Shown piece after piece: positions 48,926-59,706 of a stretch of 64,000 nt of DNA. The notes beneath the pieces were generated by a model that was given only the letters and a program-made list of their open reading frames with translations, ran no database searches and was not told where the DNA came from. Source of the DNA: Bdellovibrionota bacterium (GTDB lineage: Bacteria > Bdellovibrionota_C > UBA2361 > JBGSMV01); assembly GCA_041739995.1 (NCBI GenBank), contig JBGSMV010000018.1, positions 1 to 64,000 of the forward strand, in the 5' to 3' direction. The translations under genes and the position numbers were made by a program. Position 1 is the stretch's first letter. Every line of letters begins with the position of its first letter.

Positions 48926-49633
48926 TCAGGCGGCCCGTCGGGTTCTAAGGTCCCGGAGGGAACGAGAAACACGGGATTTAACAGTGCCTACTGGCTCGCT
49001 GCGGGCCTCAGCTACCTGGCTCATAGTCAAGCCGCCTAAATACATGAGCTCTATACAGTGCTGCGCGTCTGGAGAGAGCTCCTTTACATGACCCCATGCC
49101 TGCTCGAAGGCTTCACGTAACATTGCAGACGATTGCGGAGAGGTTGAGTTCTCTTGATTCCGGAAGGAGAGAGTCTCAAGCGGATTGGTTGCGTCATCGT
49201 TTGAAGAGTTGAGATCCGTTGCGTATTTCACCGGACGGACCTTCTCTCGGCGATTCAGGTCAACGATAGTGCGATTTGCTATTAGCATTACCCAAGATTG
49301 TGGTTGGCTCCGTGTTGGATCGTAGCGTTCGAGGCTTTTTGCCACACGCAGCCAAATTTCTTGAGCAACATCATCTCGCTTTGACGAATTAGATACCTTT
49401 CTCGCAACTATAGAATCTACTAGCGGGGAGAGTTCTCGGTGCCAAAGGCCAAGGTCGGTGCCAAACGCTACTCCACGGGCGATGGCAGCCGCCGACAATT
49501 GGCGACCAGGAGCTTCGCTCGAGCTAAGGGTGGGGGCAGGGAACACCAGTTCGAGGGCTTTTGTTCCACGATCTTCGCTGCTGACGTTCGAGTCTTTTGG
49601 GGACGGTGGTGGTATGCGCCGCTGCTCTCTCAT
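48926..49633 (-). CDS. ECF sigma-70 factor
   Basis: DDVAQEIWL..W..IANRTIVD (sigma2); MSQVAEARSEPVGTVKSR (sigma4); ATG at 49633 after AAGGA. Confidence 0.9.
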   Translation of the reverse strand: MREQRRIPPPSPKDSNVSSEDRGTKALELVFPAPTLSSSEAPGRQLSAAAIARGVAFGTDLGLWHRELSPLVDSIVARKVSNSSKRDDVAQEIWLRVAKSLERYDPTRSQPQSWVMLIANRTIVDLNRREKVRPVKYATDLNSSNDDATNPLETLSFRNQENSTSPQSSAMLREAFEQAWGHVKELSPDAQHCIELMYLGGLTMSQVAEARSEPVGTVKSRVSRSLRDLRTRRAA

Positions 49634-49917
49634 GGATTCCTTCTCAAAGATAAAATCAGCTTTGGAATAACTCTCATCCCCATCAGGGTACAACAACGTA
49701 AAAGCTTAGTTTATTAGTAAACTTAGGCACTTACCAGAATAGCAAAGGCCCTGGTGATTGTGGACTCTGACCCGCGTCTACGGCCTCATGCGATCTTCCT
49801 CCATAGCCATTCCGCAATACCGCTAACAGACGGATTAAACACACAAAAATTGTGAATCACCATTCCTCAACCTGCGCGCCAGAACAGACGATATTCAAGA
49901 CGGAAGGGCTGAAAGTT

Positions 49918-50814
49918 ATGGGTGTTCTAGAACTCGCGGTACTCGTCATTGATGACTCTCAAGAGAGAGCGATGGATTTGCTGCGCTCTCTGCAACCCGA
50001 AATTCAATTCACGGCGAGCGACTACACTGTCTCCTTAAGAAAGGCCGTTCTTTCCCACAACGAAGAAAACTTCAACGTCTGCTTTATCTCAGAAAAATTT
50101 GAGACTGCTGACCTGGAGAGCTTCTTCCGTGACATGGCACAAATGGGCAAGAAAGAAACTTGCTTCTTTGTGCGAGTATACGAAGAGCTGGCGGAGGGCT
50201 TTCAGCGCCCGTCACTGAGCGAGTTGGGATTTGACACCGTCATCTCAAGAAAAGGCGCTTACGACGACAAACAGACAATTCAGCAGGAGCTCCACAAGCG
50301 ATTCTTTGAAAAGCAAGTTGAGAAACGAAAGCTTGGCGTCGACGAGATGATGCAGATGGTTTTGAAGGAGATCGACCGTACGGCTTCTGATAAGCGCCGC
50401 GGACTCGATCGAAAAATGGTTGCGATTGCGATGGACGGAATCGAACTCGATGTTGATTATTCAGATGAAGTGCTTGCAGGATATTTTGAGGCGCTAGAAA
50501 AGCGCACTGAGGGCGCCAAGCCGCGCACGATTGATAGGCTCGATATTCCCGATAGTGTGCTTAAGCGCGCCCTGCCGAATCTGACTAAGGACGGGTACAA
50601 GGGCAACAGTCACCGGGTATGGGAGCTTCTTGCTCAAAAGTACGGCGTAGCTGCGGCGGGGCCAAGCCCATCCGCACCCAATGACGTCCCGCGCGCTGAT
50701 ACTAAGATTGTTGAAGCTGACGGCTCGGGAGTCGAAGAACCCACTGCGGCAAGCGCACCGACTGAGGCCCAAGATCCTGCCTCGCCCGTTACGGAATCTA
50801 CCAAAGAGCAATAG
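49918..50814 (+). CDS. Pseudo-receiver-domain protein (ORF open from 49852)
   Basis: VLVIDD acidic pocket; FNVCFISE at the expected phospho-Asp strand; helical C-terminal domain and low-complexity tail. Confidence 0.55.
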   Translation: MGVLELAVLVIDDSQERAMDLLRSLQPEIQFTASDYTVSLRKAVLSHNEENFNVCFISEKFETADLESFFRDMAQMGKKETCFFVRVYEELAEGFQRPSLSELGFDTVISRKGAYDDKQTIQQELHKRFFEKQVEKRKLGVDEMMQMVLKEIDRTASDKRRGLDRKMVAIAMDGIELDVDYSDEVLAGYFEALEKRTEGAKPRTIDRLDIPDSVLKRALPNLTKDGYKGNSHRVWELLAQKYGVAAAGPSPSAPNDVPRADTKIVEADGSGVEEPTAASAPTEAQDPASPVTESTKEQ

Positions 50815-50836
50815 GCTTCAGCCCTCGAGGGAAATT

Positions 50837-52342
50837 CTAAGTTCGAGCCTCCGAACCAGTCGGAGAAATGGTACTGCGATTCGAAGCAAATACCCTTCTG
50901 CACATTAATCCAAACAGGAGCGTCAAATTGTTCAAGAAGAACGGATAGGCGGGAGAGCCCATACGATCAAGACCAAACAGCATAAATCCATGCAGAGCCA
51001 CAAAGGCTAGAGGCAAAGCGCATAACAGAAAAAGAGTTCCCTCTCGACGGAACAGTGCCCATGCACACAAAAAAAGCGAGGAGCACGCGCCGAGAACAAT
51101 GACCAGGCGACTGGGTTCGACCAATTTGGTCAGTAGATTTCCAATCACTGAGGGCGCAGGCTGCTGGGAAAAGTGCTCGCGCGTGAAAGCTTCGAGGTGG
51201 GCGGGGCCGGGATCAACCAAGGACTCCACCGGTATTCGGCCAGATACTTGGGCGAGGAATCTATAAGTATCAGTTTCTGGGGCGGGCCAGCTCAGTACAG
51301 TGAGAACGCTACGAGCTACTCCCTCGAGGTAACGCAGGGGTGATTGCTGGACCTGCTGGTTGAAGATTTCTTGTGCCTGATTGGGATGACTTTGGGCTAG
51401 CGCTCCCTGTATCGCATAGATGTACTGGTCTCGAACGCCGCTCACTGGCAGCCCGTCTATTGCGACGAATCCCTCGCTCTTCGAGCTTTGAATAGCAAGA
51501 GCGTAGGCTGTTTGCGAACTTCCTAAAACAGGGTCCAGAGGTGGGATCAACGCCTGGTTTACCATTGCAAACCATACTTGAGATTGTGCTCTTGACTGAG
51601 TCTCTGGAATTCTCATCCACGGCAGAGCTCCAAGGTAGGAGACCAAGATTAAAATGAAGCTGGATTTTAAAGCGGTGACTAGATGCTGCCTATTGTTGAC
51701 TCTGTTGCGCTCTGATCCAGCAGGGCAGTCAAGCAGGAGAGCGAAAGGAAGTACTACGGCAGCGATTAGCAGGGTCGGTCGATAGTAGTATCCAACTGCG
51801 ATTACCGCTCCAAGTGCCAAGCCACGTAACCAGCAGCGTGACCAAGTGCGAGAGTAACAGAAAATCAAAATTATCAAACTTAGGTGGAAGAACGTTCCCA
51901 GCTCGCTGAGTGCGGAGACTTGGTACACCACGATTGCAGGGCAAAGCACGCTCAGAACCATCCCAATGCTACTTGATGTCCATGCTGAGGTGGCTTTTCC
52001 CGAGCTCAGCCAAAGTGCACAAAGTCCAAGAGACAAGAGTAGGGTGTTGAGCGCCTTCACTGAAGCAGGAACATAGCCGCCCATGAAAAATGCAAATTTT
52101 AAATATGCAGGGTAGAGAGGTGTTCTTAAAAAATCCCAGTCACGCGGGAAACGCTCAGTAAACAACGCGCGCGCATGATCAATATAGAGATGCCCATCAA
52201 AGGTAACGAGTAGAGAAAGGCTGGCCGCATTGTAGAAAGCAATGAAAAGACAAAGGCTCAATAGGCTCGACGCTATCAGAGGAGGTCTTGCAAGTGTGTT
52301 TAAATTGCTCATCATGAACCGAGTAAAAATACGAGGTGGCAT
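50837..52342 (-). CDS. Polytopic membrane glycosyltransferase (GT-C fold, ArnT/PMT-like)
   Basis: TFDGHLY, RTPLYP, LSE, YYRP; many TMs. Confidence 0.7.
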   Translation of the reverse strand: MPPRIFTRFMMSNLNTLARPPLIASSLLSLCLFIAFYNAASLSLLVTFDGHLYIDHARALFTERFPRDWDFLRTPLYPAYLKFAFFMGGYVPASVKALNTLLLSLGLCALWLSSGKATSAWTSSSIGMVLSVLCPAIVVYQVSALSELGTFFHLSLIILIFCYSRTWSRCWLRGLALGAVIAVGYYYRPTLLIAAVVLPFALLLDCPAGSERNRVNNRQHLVTALKSSFILILVSYLGALPWMRIPETQSRAQSQVWFAMVNQALIPPLDPVLGSSQTAYALAIQSSKSEGFVAIDGLPVSGVRDQYIYAIQGALAQSHPNQAQEIFNQQVQQSPLRYLEGVARSVLTVLSWPAPETDTYRFLAQVSGRIPVESLVDPGPAHLEAFTREHFSQQPAPSVIGNLLTKLVEPSRLVIVLGACSSLFLCAWALFRREGTLFLLCALPLAFVALHGFMLFGLDRMGSPAYPFFLNNLTLLFGLMCRRVFASNRSTISPTGSEART

Positions 52343-52418
52343 CTAAGAATAAAGCACTGTGATTGCGTGTGAGGGAAGACCGTTCCCCAAGGCGATCGTG
52401 AAAAATCAAATTCCAGAC

Positions 52419-54635
52419 CTAGTTTGAGGCGGGGCGGGATAATGTCTCCTCAACCGAAATGCGTCGTTGTTTGAGTGCAGCGTAGAGTGCGCTTAAATTC
52501 CACCCGCGGCGTCGAGGGGTAATGCGCCGAGCGCTTTTCGTCCGCAATCCTGGGGGTAAAAGCTCTGGTTGAAGTGCTCCAATGAGCTCAAGCATAGGAG
52601 GCGCCTCTGTCCGTTCACTCCAGAGCGAATTATATAGCGCGCCGTACGATCGACATTCCTCAAACAGAGAAGGCAGCGGGACAGTGAGAGTTCGGTCTTT
52701 ATAGGACTGCAGAAGGCTTGGCTCCGTCCGTAACCTCTCGAGCGTGTCCACCAAGGCGCCGGCAGAGGCTTCGCCAAGAACAATACCTGCGCCTGAAGAT
52801 TGTACACGCTCACGCAAGGCCCCTCGAGGGGTTACCACCACTGGTACTCCGCAAGACCAAGCTTCGCTTAATGTCATCGAAAAGGTCTCTGCGGCAAGGG
52901 AGGCCAGCACAATGATGTCCGGATCGATTAAATGTATTTTGGCGCACACATCTTCGGCAGAGTACTGCCCATGATCGCTCAGTGTGTTCACCGGGAGTCC
53001 TGCATTAAGGGGCTCTGAACACGTACCTAGAAGATGCCAATCAATCTTTAGGCTTCTCTCGACCGTGAGCTTGAGGGACTCTTGTAAAAGATGGAGCCCT
53101 TTGTGGGGAACGAGAGTGCCCAAAATTAACGCTCTTAGTTTCTCAGAATCTCGCTTTGCGTACGGAGTCCCGGTTAGGGCAGCCGGTGGTCGTCCTTGAG
53201 CCGGACGACCATGTGGGATCAACTTCCAGCGATCATCTACCTTAGAAAATTCTGCAAAAGTATGGCGCACGTGCTCGGAGAATGTGACCACCTGCGCGGC
53301 TCCATCAAGTAGCTGGCGTGCATCTTCTCGAAAACGCTCAACTGCTAACTGTCCTTCACCGCAGCTCGTACTACACTCGTGCAGGGAGCAAGGCCGAAGT
53401 TCCGGGGTGAGCAGAAACGTTCGCGGGCAAATCCACCAATGGTCGTGTAATGAGACCACGTATCGACCATGTTTCCGTACCGCTTCGACATACATTGAAC
53501 GATCAAATCCGGCGCTGTGGTGCACATGCACGACGTCGAAAAAGTCGAACGACAGAAGGTCCTTCAGCAGAAGGGCGCCAGGGGGAAAGTCAAACGCTCT
53601 TTCCACGCCATTTCGGAAATAGGATAGATGGAGGCTCGGCTTGTCGAGTGGGCCTTCTCCAGGCGAAACGGTCCAATGGTGTGCTTCAGATACTCCCTTC
53701 ACTAGGTCGAGCACATGCCGCTCGGTGCCTCCGATGCCATGTCGACGAGCAAGAGACGGTCCGTTATGTAGTAGATGAAGCACCACTGGTTTTGGCGTGA
53801 GTGAGTCTTTTGCAATTAGACCGTTCCAAATCGCGGCGTGTACGTCTCGAAGCGGATTTGTGCGACAAAACTCGGCCACGCGGCGCTCGTAGCGGGGATG
53901 GCGCTCATTCAAAACCTTCCCGTGACTGCGCCTGAGTTCATGCTGAGAGTCCCCAAAAGATAGCCCGCCCTTGTGCAGTATGAAGGTTGCGTCGTCGACG
54001 ACGTCATGAAACCCCGCGTCTTGGGCGCGGCAAGAAAAATCATTCTCCTCGCCATACCCTTTAGGGAATGCACGCTCGTCAAGTCCTCCGATTGAGTCGA
54101 TTACTTCGCGTCTAATGTAGGCGCAAAAGCCAACACAGGTTGGCAGCGCAGGATACGTTCGACGAGAGACGTGTTCTACAAGATCTGAGAACTCTTGAAG
54201 CGAAAGCCCGGAGGGGAGCTCATTATCCTCACAGAATCGCGGAACGGAACAAATGATTCCATTGTTAGTGAGTGCGGTGACGGTGGCGATGTTGGACTGA
54301 CTAAGTGATGCCGCCTGAAGCTTTTCAATCCAGCGTGGGGTGACCACCGTATCGCTGTTAAGCAGAATCACGTCGTCACTACCACTAAGCACCAACATGC
54401 CGCGGTTACAGGTACCCGTGAAACCCCTGTTCTCTAAATTGCGGAGCACGTGAAGACGTTTGTCAGCGAGGACTGTGTCGGGAAGATATTCCTCAAGCTG
54501 CCCCTCGCTGCTGGCATCATCGATAGCAAAGACTCTAAGGTCTGAGTCTGGGCTGTGCTCGAGGACGCTCTGGATGCACTCTAAAGTTGCATCGAAGGCG
54601 TTATACACCGGAATGATGACAGAGACAGGAATCAT
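52419..54635 (-). CDS. GT2 + GT4 bifunctional glycosyltransferase
   Basis: VIIPVYN, IDDAS, LLNSD, GYGEENDF; then GGTERH, SLHD, HKG, ETFSMTLSEA. Confidence 0.9.
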   Translation of the reverse strand: MIPVSVIIPVYNAFDATLECIQSVLEHSPDSDLRVFAIDDASSEGQLEEYLPDTVLADKRLHVLRNLENRGFTGTCNRGMLVLSGSDDVILLNSDTVVTPRWIEKLQAASLSQSNIATVTALTNNGIICSVPRFCEDNELPSGLSLQEFSDLVEHVSRRTYPALPTCVGFCAYIRREVIDSIGGLDERAFPKGYGEENDFSCRAQDAGFHDVVDDATFILHKGGLSFGDSQHELRRSHGKVLNERHPRYERRVAEFCRTNPLRDVHAAIWNGLIAKDSLTPKPVVLHLLHNGPSLARRHGIGGTERHVLDLVKGVSEAHHWTVSPGEGPLDKPSLHLSYFRNGVERAFDFPPGALLLKDLLSFDFFDVVHVHHSAGFDRSMYVEAVRKHGRYVVSLHDHWWICPRTFLLTPELRPCSLHECSTSCGEGQLAVERFREDARQLLDGAAQVVTFSEHVRHTFAEFSKVDDRWKLIPHGRPAQGRPPAALTGTPYAKRDSEKLRALILGTLVPHKGLHLLQESLKLTVERSLKIDWHLLGTCSEPLNAGLPVNTLSDHGQYSAEDVCAKIHLIDPDIIVLASLAAETFSMTLSEAWSCGVPVVVTPRGALRERVQSSGAGIVLGEASAGALVDTLERLRTEPSLLQSYKDRTLTVPLPSLFEECRSYGALYNSLWSERTEAPPMLELIGALQPELLPPGLRTKSARRITPRRRGWNLSALYAALKQRRISVEETLSRPASN

Positions 54636-57600
54636 GCAGAGCCAAAGCTGAAATCAAGCCGGTTAGTGTTTAGATGACGTGGATAGTAAGGATCTATCTC
54701 AACAGAATGCGAAGGGTGCTTGCTGACATCAGTTCCGGTCAGCTGTTTGCCGCCGATGGAAGAAACCGTCAGATGAACGTCCGGTACTGTGACAAAGTAG
54801 CCGCCACAATGCGAATTGACCGCGAGCGACCAAATGGTGTCGCGAAGTGACCCGGCAGCCAAATCTGGTTGCGTTGATTCTAATGCATGTCGTAGAGCTG
54901 AGGCTCTTACGACAAGAGCGCTCCAAACCACGCCCCTTGTATTGGACATGGCGACGAGACGTGCGCCAGGACCCGGAGATCGAATCGATTCTCCGGCGAG
55001 GCGCGCTGCGGAGCGAGCCCCTTCTATGACGTACCCAGCACTAATGATCTTGCCGTCACGCACCAGAAGACCTTGAGCAGCTTGAACGTTCTTAATCTGC
55101 AAAAATTCGCTCAAACGCTGAATATCGGACTCTTTCAGCAGAGGGACTCTCTCATCTAGCACCAAAACAGTAGCATCCGGTGACAGCGCGGCGAGTTCTG
55201 AAGCGTTGATGATCCGCAGCGGAATAGCAGCAGCGGAATCAGGGAGTGTAGGGGAGCCAGCGACTTGACCAACCCATAGAACCGGAATTTCAGTTTGAAG
55301 TGTTGGCCTAAAATGTGGGCTATATATTCCCCCACGCGCGGTATTTTCAATCCTCGCCTCGGGTAAGCCTCTGCGCGCACAAGCGCGCGTCAGTGCAGCC
55401 TTCCCTGCCTTAAATGCATAAGGTTTCGCGTCGATATTGAGGGCGACAGAATCTTCGTGCATACGCCAATGGTAGAGAATTTGAGGAATATGCCTGATCT
55501 TGCTGGTCTTCTCGGTCACCCGTAGACAGAGGTCATAGTCCTGACTGCCCTCCGTTCCCTTGATGAAGCCTCCCACCGCATTCACCAAGTCACGTCGATA
55601 CACACTAAGGTGTCCCACATACATGAATGAGAGCAGGTACTCAGGCGACCACTCAGGCTTAAAGGCGGGCTCAACACGCTCTCCATGCGAGTTTAGTTTG
55701 TCCTCATCAGAATAAAGATAGTCAGAATCAGCGTGCTCGTTAAGCTCCTGCACGACTCTATGAAATGCCCAAGGAGCGAGCACATCGTCGTGGTCCAACA
55801 GCGCGATAAATTCTCCCGTAGCCAAGGCAAGAGCGGAGTTCGAGGACTCTGCTATGTGCCCATTCACCTCGCGGAAGACCACCTTGATGCGGGGATCCTC
55901 CTTCGCATAGGCTTCCAATAGTGCGGAGATGCCTGCGTGCCCTGAGGCGTCATCAGCAATGCAGAGTTCCCAATATGGATACGTTTGGGCTCGAACTGAC
56001 TCTATTGCCTCCCGTAACCACGCCACCTTCGGGCGATATACTGGCAGCACGACTGAGATGACCGGCGCGCTGGAAAAATGAGCCACTTGCGCACGTTGAG
56101 CCTCCAGCTCGAGGAGAGAGGGTTCGTGTTCCTTCCGCCACTGAGCGTAGCGTTTATCGGGGGAATAATAGGGCGAACCCGATTCTACGAGAGAAGGCGG
56201 GTGCTCTCGGACACCAGGTGAGCGAACGCGGCGCACTAGTTGTTTGAGCACCTCACGTAACTTACGTTTTGCAAGGCGAGCCTCGCATTTGCCCCAGCGC
56301 GCAAGCTCTACCGCTGCTCTCAGACCACTAGTGAGCTTCCATGATCGTGATGAGTACAATTGATGAATCTGCTGCGTGAGGACCTCACGCTCTTGCGAAA
56401 GGTTCTCCACCCTATTCGTCGTGAGCGTCACTTCGCTTTGTAGTAACGCCAATCGTTCTCGTAGCGCGTTATATGCGGGCCGGATCGATTGAAGCTCCTT
56501 GGAAAGGTCAGCAATATGCAGATTTCGCTGCTCCCAGAGTTCTGAAAGTGAAATTCGAGGAGCAACCGCAAGGATCAAGGAGACTGACCCGGCTTCAGGC
56601 ATCTCACAGGGGAGCGAAAACGTTATCTGCGGGTCAAAGGAGGTGGGAAGAAATATGGTGCCCGTTTCGAGAGCAAGGTCTTGCAGATTTTCGAGAAAAG
56701 CGACGCTGCGTAGCGGAGTCGGGCCGTCTTGCCACGACCATATCTGGACGCCCTGATTGTTTTGGACTCGGATCTCTTCAATGCGAAACCAGTCCTGGGA
56801 ATCGAGCGGATCGATACGGATTGCCTTAGTTTTAGAAGGAATTTCGAAAGACACGCGGGTGTGAATGTGGGTTTGCTGAACGATAGAGAGGCAGGACTGC
56901 GATTCAGAAAATCCTTGCCCGGTGTCGAAAAAACATTGTGAAAGCCGTGAGGTTTTGTGCGTTGAGGTACTGAAGGAGGTGCTGATGCTGCTCGCATCTG
57001 TCTCTGGAACGAACACATTTCGAGGAGTAGCAGCAGCCTTGGGCAAGTCAATTGGACGTGCGCGCACCAAGAACTGATAAGTATCGGAGTCGGGGAGTGA
57101 TTGCAGCAGGGAGCGAATTCCGCTTGAGAGCCCTTGAACTTCAGGGCGAAACTCAGTGGCGAGCGGTGCTCGCACCGTACGCGCCCATAACAGTGGCTCC
57201 AATTTGCAGCGAGAGAGCAGATCCTCCACCGAGTGTCGGGTGAAGAACCGTAGATGAGTCTCGTCCAGTAAGCCGTCTCGCCGATAGCGGAACATGCCTG
57301 CAAACAATTCAGCTAACACGCCTGTGTGGCCCACGTTAGGAATTGAAATTAGCACCTCGCCGTCCTGTGCAAGCAGCGACTTGAGAAATGAAAGAACAGC
57401 CCAAGGGTCAACTAAGTGCTCAAGCACGTCAGCACACACGATGGTATCAAATCTTTCGGAACGAAGTTGGTCATGGACATTGGTGTCTTCAATGCTCCCC
57501 ACTATTATCTTCTCGCACCAAGGGCGGGCCTGTTCAGCGGCGGCTGAGTCGATTTCTACCGCAGTGATGGAAGCTCGATGAAGCTCTGCCATGAGGCGAG

Positions 57601-57727
57601 TCATCATTCCGGTGGCCGGGCCGATTTCTAGAATGCGAGAATCTGGACGAACCCATTCGAGCAGACGAGCAACTGAGGAGTCGTCATCCAGACCAATCTG
57701 GCGGTCGTATTTGAGTGCTCCTTCCAT
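54632..57727 (-). CDS. Methyltransferase-coiled-coil-GT2 multidomain protein (WsaE-like; ORF open from 57799)
   Basis: ILEIGPATG, ADVLEHL, ISIPN, GLLDETHLRFFT; coiled coil ending SRSWKLT; ISVVLPVY, IADDAS, LLDHDD, YSDEDK, GSQDYD. Confidence 0.9.
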   Translation of the reverse strand: MEGALKYDRQIGLDDDSSVARLLEWVRPDSRILEIGPATGMMTRLMAELHRASITAVEIDSAAAEQARPWCEKIIVGSIEDTNVHDQLRSERFDTIVCADVLEHLVDPWAVLSFLKSLLAQDGEVLISIPNVGHTGVLAELFAGMFRYRRDGLLDETHLRFFTRHSVEDLLSRCKLEPLLWARTVRAPLATEFRPEVQGLSSGIRSLLQSLPDSDTYQFLVRARPIDLPKAAATPRNVFVPETDASSISTSFSTSTHKTSRLSQCFFDTGQGFSESQSCLSIVQQTHIHTRVSFEIPSKTKAIRIDPLDSQDWFRIEEIRVQNNQGVQIWSWQDGPTPLRSVAFLENLQDLALETGTIFLPTSFDPQITFSLPCEMPEAGSVSLILAVAPRISLSELWEQRNLHIADLSKELQSIRPAYNALRERLALLQSEVTLTTNRVENLSQEREVLTQQIHQLYSSRSWKLTSGLRAAVELARWGKCEARLAKRKLREVLKQLVRRVRSPGVREHPPSLVESGSPYYSPDKRYAQWRKEHEPSLLELEAQRAQVAHFSSAPVISVVLPVYRPKVAWLREAIESVRAQTYPYWELCIADDASGHAGISALLEAYAKEDPRIKVVFREVNGHIAESSNSALALATGEFIALLDHDDVLAPWAFHRVVQELNEHADSDYLYSDEDKLNSHGERVEPAFKPEWSPEYLLSFMYVGHLSVYRRDLVNAVGGFIKGTEGSQDYDLCLRVTEKTSKIRHIPQILYHWRMHEDSVALNIDAKPYAFKAGKAALTRACARRGLPEARIENTARGGIYSPHFRPTLQTEIPVLWVGQVAGSPTLPDSAAAIPLRIINASELAALSPDATVLVLDERVPLLKESDIQRLSEFLQIKNVQAAQGLLVRDGKIISAGYVIEGARSAARLAGESIRSPGPGARLVAMSNTRGVVWSALVVRASALRHALESTQPDLAAGSLRDTIWSLAVNSHCGGYFVTVPDVHLTVSSIGGKQLTGTDVSKHPSHSVEIDPYYPRHLNTNRLDFSFGSA

Positions 57728-57909
57728 AATACTTCTAATAAGGGGCCACGAAGGCAAGATATCCTGACACGGAGGGCGCCGAACTACAGAGCACTCCATT
57801 AGCTCTTCAGCATAAGAAGGGCGGTCAGTCCGGTACGCAGGTGGTCATACCATCTGGATAGGACTCTGTCAGGCTCCCGAGTGCAGTAACCGTTCACGGG
57901 TTGCCACAG

Positions 57910-58141
57910 GCCACCACCGAATGTTTTCAGCCGAATAACGACCTAACACCGCCGGTTAATTTCCCTTGTGAAGGGATGCCCCTAAGGGGTCGATTTGCGG
58001 AGTAAATCGGGGGTGAAAATACTATCCGTTCGCAAGATGGAGTCGTCCCCGATCAGGGGGCGACCACCGACCCGCCACCACCGAATATTTTCAGCCCAAT
58101 AACTACCTAACACCGCCGGTTAATTTCCCTTGCGAAGGGAT
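57910..58141 (+). repeat. Two 68-bp direct repeats (57910-57977, 58074-58141) in a divergent promoter region
   Basis: GCCACCACCGAAT.TTTTCAGCC.AATAAC.ACCTAACACCGCCGGTTAATTTCCCTTG.GAAGGGAT, 4 mismatches, period 164 bp. Confidence 0.9.
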
Positions 58142-58267
58142 ACCGAGTGCAGGAATTCGGTCAAAGAATGCTGAAAATTCAAATGCTTCGCGGTGGTTGA
58201 CTCAAATCCTGGGCTGTGTCGAACTGGGGGGGCTCGGAGTCCAGGATAGGTTACCAAGGAGTTCTCA

Positions 58268-59704
58268 GTGTCAGCAGTAGCTATAGCCAAACCAGCCCTC
58301 GAACGCATAGAGGCCTGGGGTAAGAATTTTCAAACGCTTGAGCAAGTCGCGCGTTGGCGCCGTTATGTAAACGGCATAATAGCGGCAGAAGTGAGTCGCT
58401 TCTGCCGCTATTACGACCGCCTCATCCAGCTTAGCCCTCTGCCCACAGACACTGGTTCGCTTTTTCAGAGCGTTGACTGTCCGGCCAAAGGGGTGGTTTC
58501 GTCCTTGGAAGAGTTTCCTGATCTGACCGAAGAGACTTCTGAGCGCTCAGCGGTGCTCTTAAATGGAAACCTAAATCACGATCTCGACATTGAATCGACG
58601 CTGCGTCGCTTAAAGGTAAGACTTGCGCGTAGTTCGCGGGTAGTGCTGGTAGCGTATAATCCATACCTAAGCTCGCTCTATTCGCTGGCGAACTGGCTCG
58701 GCATCCGGAAGGGAGCTGCACCCGTCACCTTCGTTACTCACACTGATCTTCAGAACATCGCAAAGCTGTCAGGCTTCGAAGTTGTTGGTATGCGGCCGGT
58801 AGCGTACCTGCCTTGGCGTCTTGGAGGCATTGGAACTTTCTTAAACCGCCTTCTCCCTTTAATTCCACTAGTGAGTCGGTTGTCCTTTGCGAGCGTATTG
58901 GTTTTGAGACCTGTGATTGCAGCCAAGACCGCGCCGTCTTTGACGGTAATAATTCCGGCCAGAAATGAACGAGGGAACATCGAGAACGCGCTTAAGCGCA
59001 TGCCTAACCTTGGTGCGCGCACTGAAGTAATTTTTGTTGAAGGACATTCAAGCGACGGTACTTGGGAAGAGATTCAAAGAGTATTGCCACTCTATCGTGA
59101 GAAGTTTTCGCTATCTGCCTATCAACAGACGGGTCGAGGAAAAGCGGATGCGGTGAGACTTGGGTTCTCTCATGCTTCGGGAGATCTTCTCACCATTTTA
59201 GATGCCGATCTGACGATGCCGCCTGAGCTTTTAGGTCGCTTCTATGACGCATATCGTGCGGGACTAGCCGATTTTATAAATGGAAGTCGACTCGTGTACC
59301 CCATGGAAGGGGAAGCCATGCGCTTTCTCAATCGTCTGGGCAATGTGTTTTTCGCCAAGGCACTTAGTGTGGTGATGGGCGCGCGCATTGGCGACTCTCT
59401 GTGTGGCACGAAGTTAGTGGCTCGGCATGACTATCAACGTATGACTGACTGGCGAAACGATTTTGGTGATTTCGACCCGTTTGGGGATTTTGAGTTACTT
59501 TTCCCCGCCGCTATTCTCAATCTTGGCATCGTTGATATTCCAGTGCGCTATCGAGCGCGCACCTATGGATCTACCAATATTCGACGATTTCGTGATGGCT
59601 GGCGCCTGCTTAAGATGACGACCACGGCGTTTTTTAGGCTCAGACCTGGGGTGGCACCACAAGCCCCGGCGCCGCGAACGAGCTTGCCAGGGAAAGGAGA
59701 GTAG
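58268..59704 (+). CDS. GT2 glycosyltransferase with a degenerate methyltransferase-like N-terminus
   Basis: [45 protein letters not shown]. Confidence 0.88.
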   Translation: MSAVAIAKPALERIEAWGKNFQTLEQVARWRRYVNGIIAAEVSRFCRYYDRLIQLSPLPTDTGSLFQSVDCPAKGVVSSLEEFPDLTEETSERSAVLLNGNLNHDLDIESTLRRLKVRLARSSRVVLVAYNPYLSSLYSLANWLGIRKGAAPVTFVTHTDLQNIAKLSGFEVVGMRPVAYLPWRLGGIGTFLNRLLPLIPLVSRLSFASVLVLRPVIAAKTAPSLTVIIPARNERGNIENALKRMPNLGARTEVIFVEGHSSDGTWEEIQRVLPLYREKFSLSAYQQTGRGKADAVRLGFSHASGDLLTILDADLTMPPELLGRFYDAYRAGLADFINGSRLVYPMEGEAMRFLNRLGNVFFAKALSVVMGARIGDSLCGTKLVARHDYQRMTDWRNDFGDFDPFGDFELLFPAAILNLGIVDIPVRYRARTYGSTNIRRFRDGWRLLKMTTTAFFRLRPGVAPQAPAPRTSLPGKGE

Positions 59705-59706
59705 TT

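Noticed and set aside
57910..58141. Possible CRISPR mini-array or JUMPStart/ops element
   Set aside because: Only two units; the 68-bp repeat and 96-bp spacer are too long; no cas genes; GGCGGTGT is not the ops GGCGGTAG
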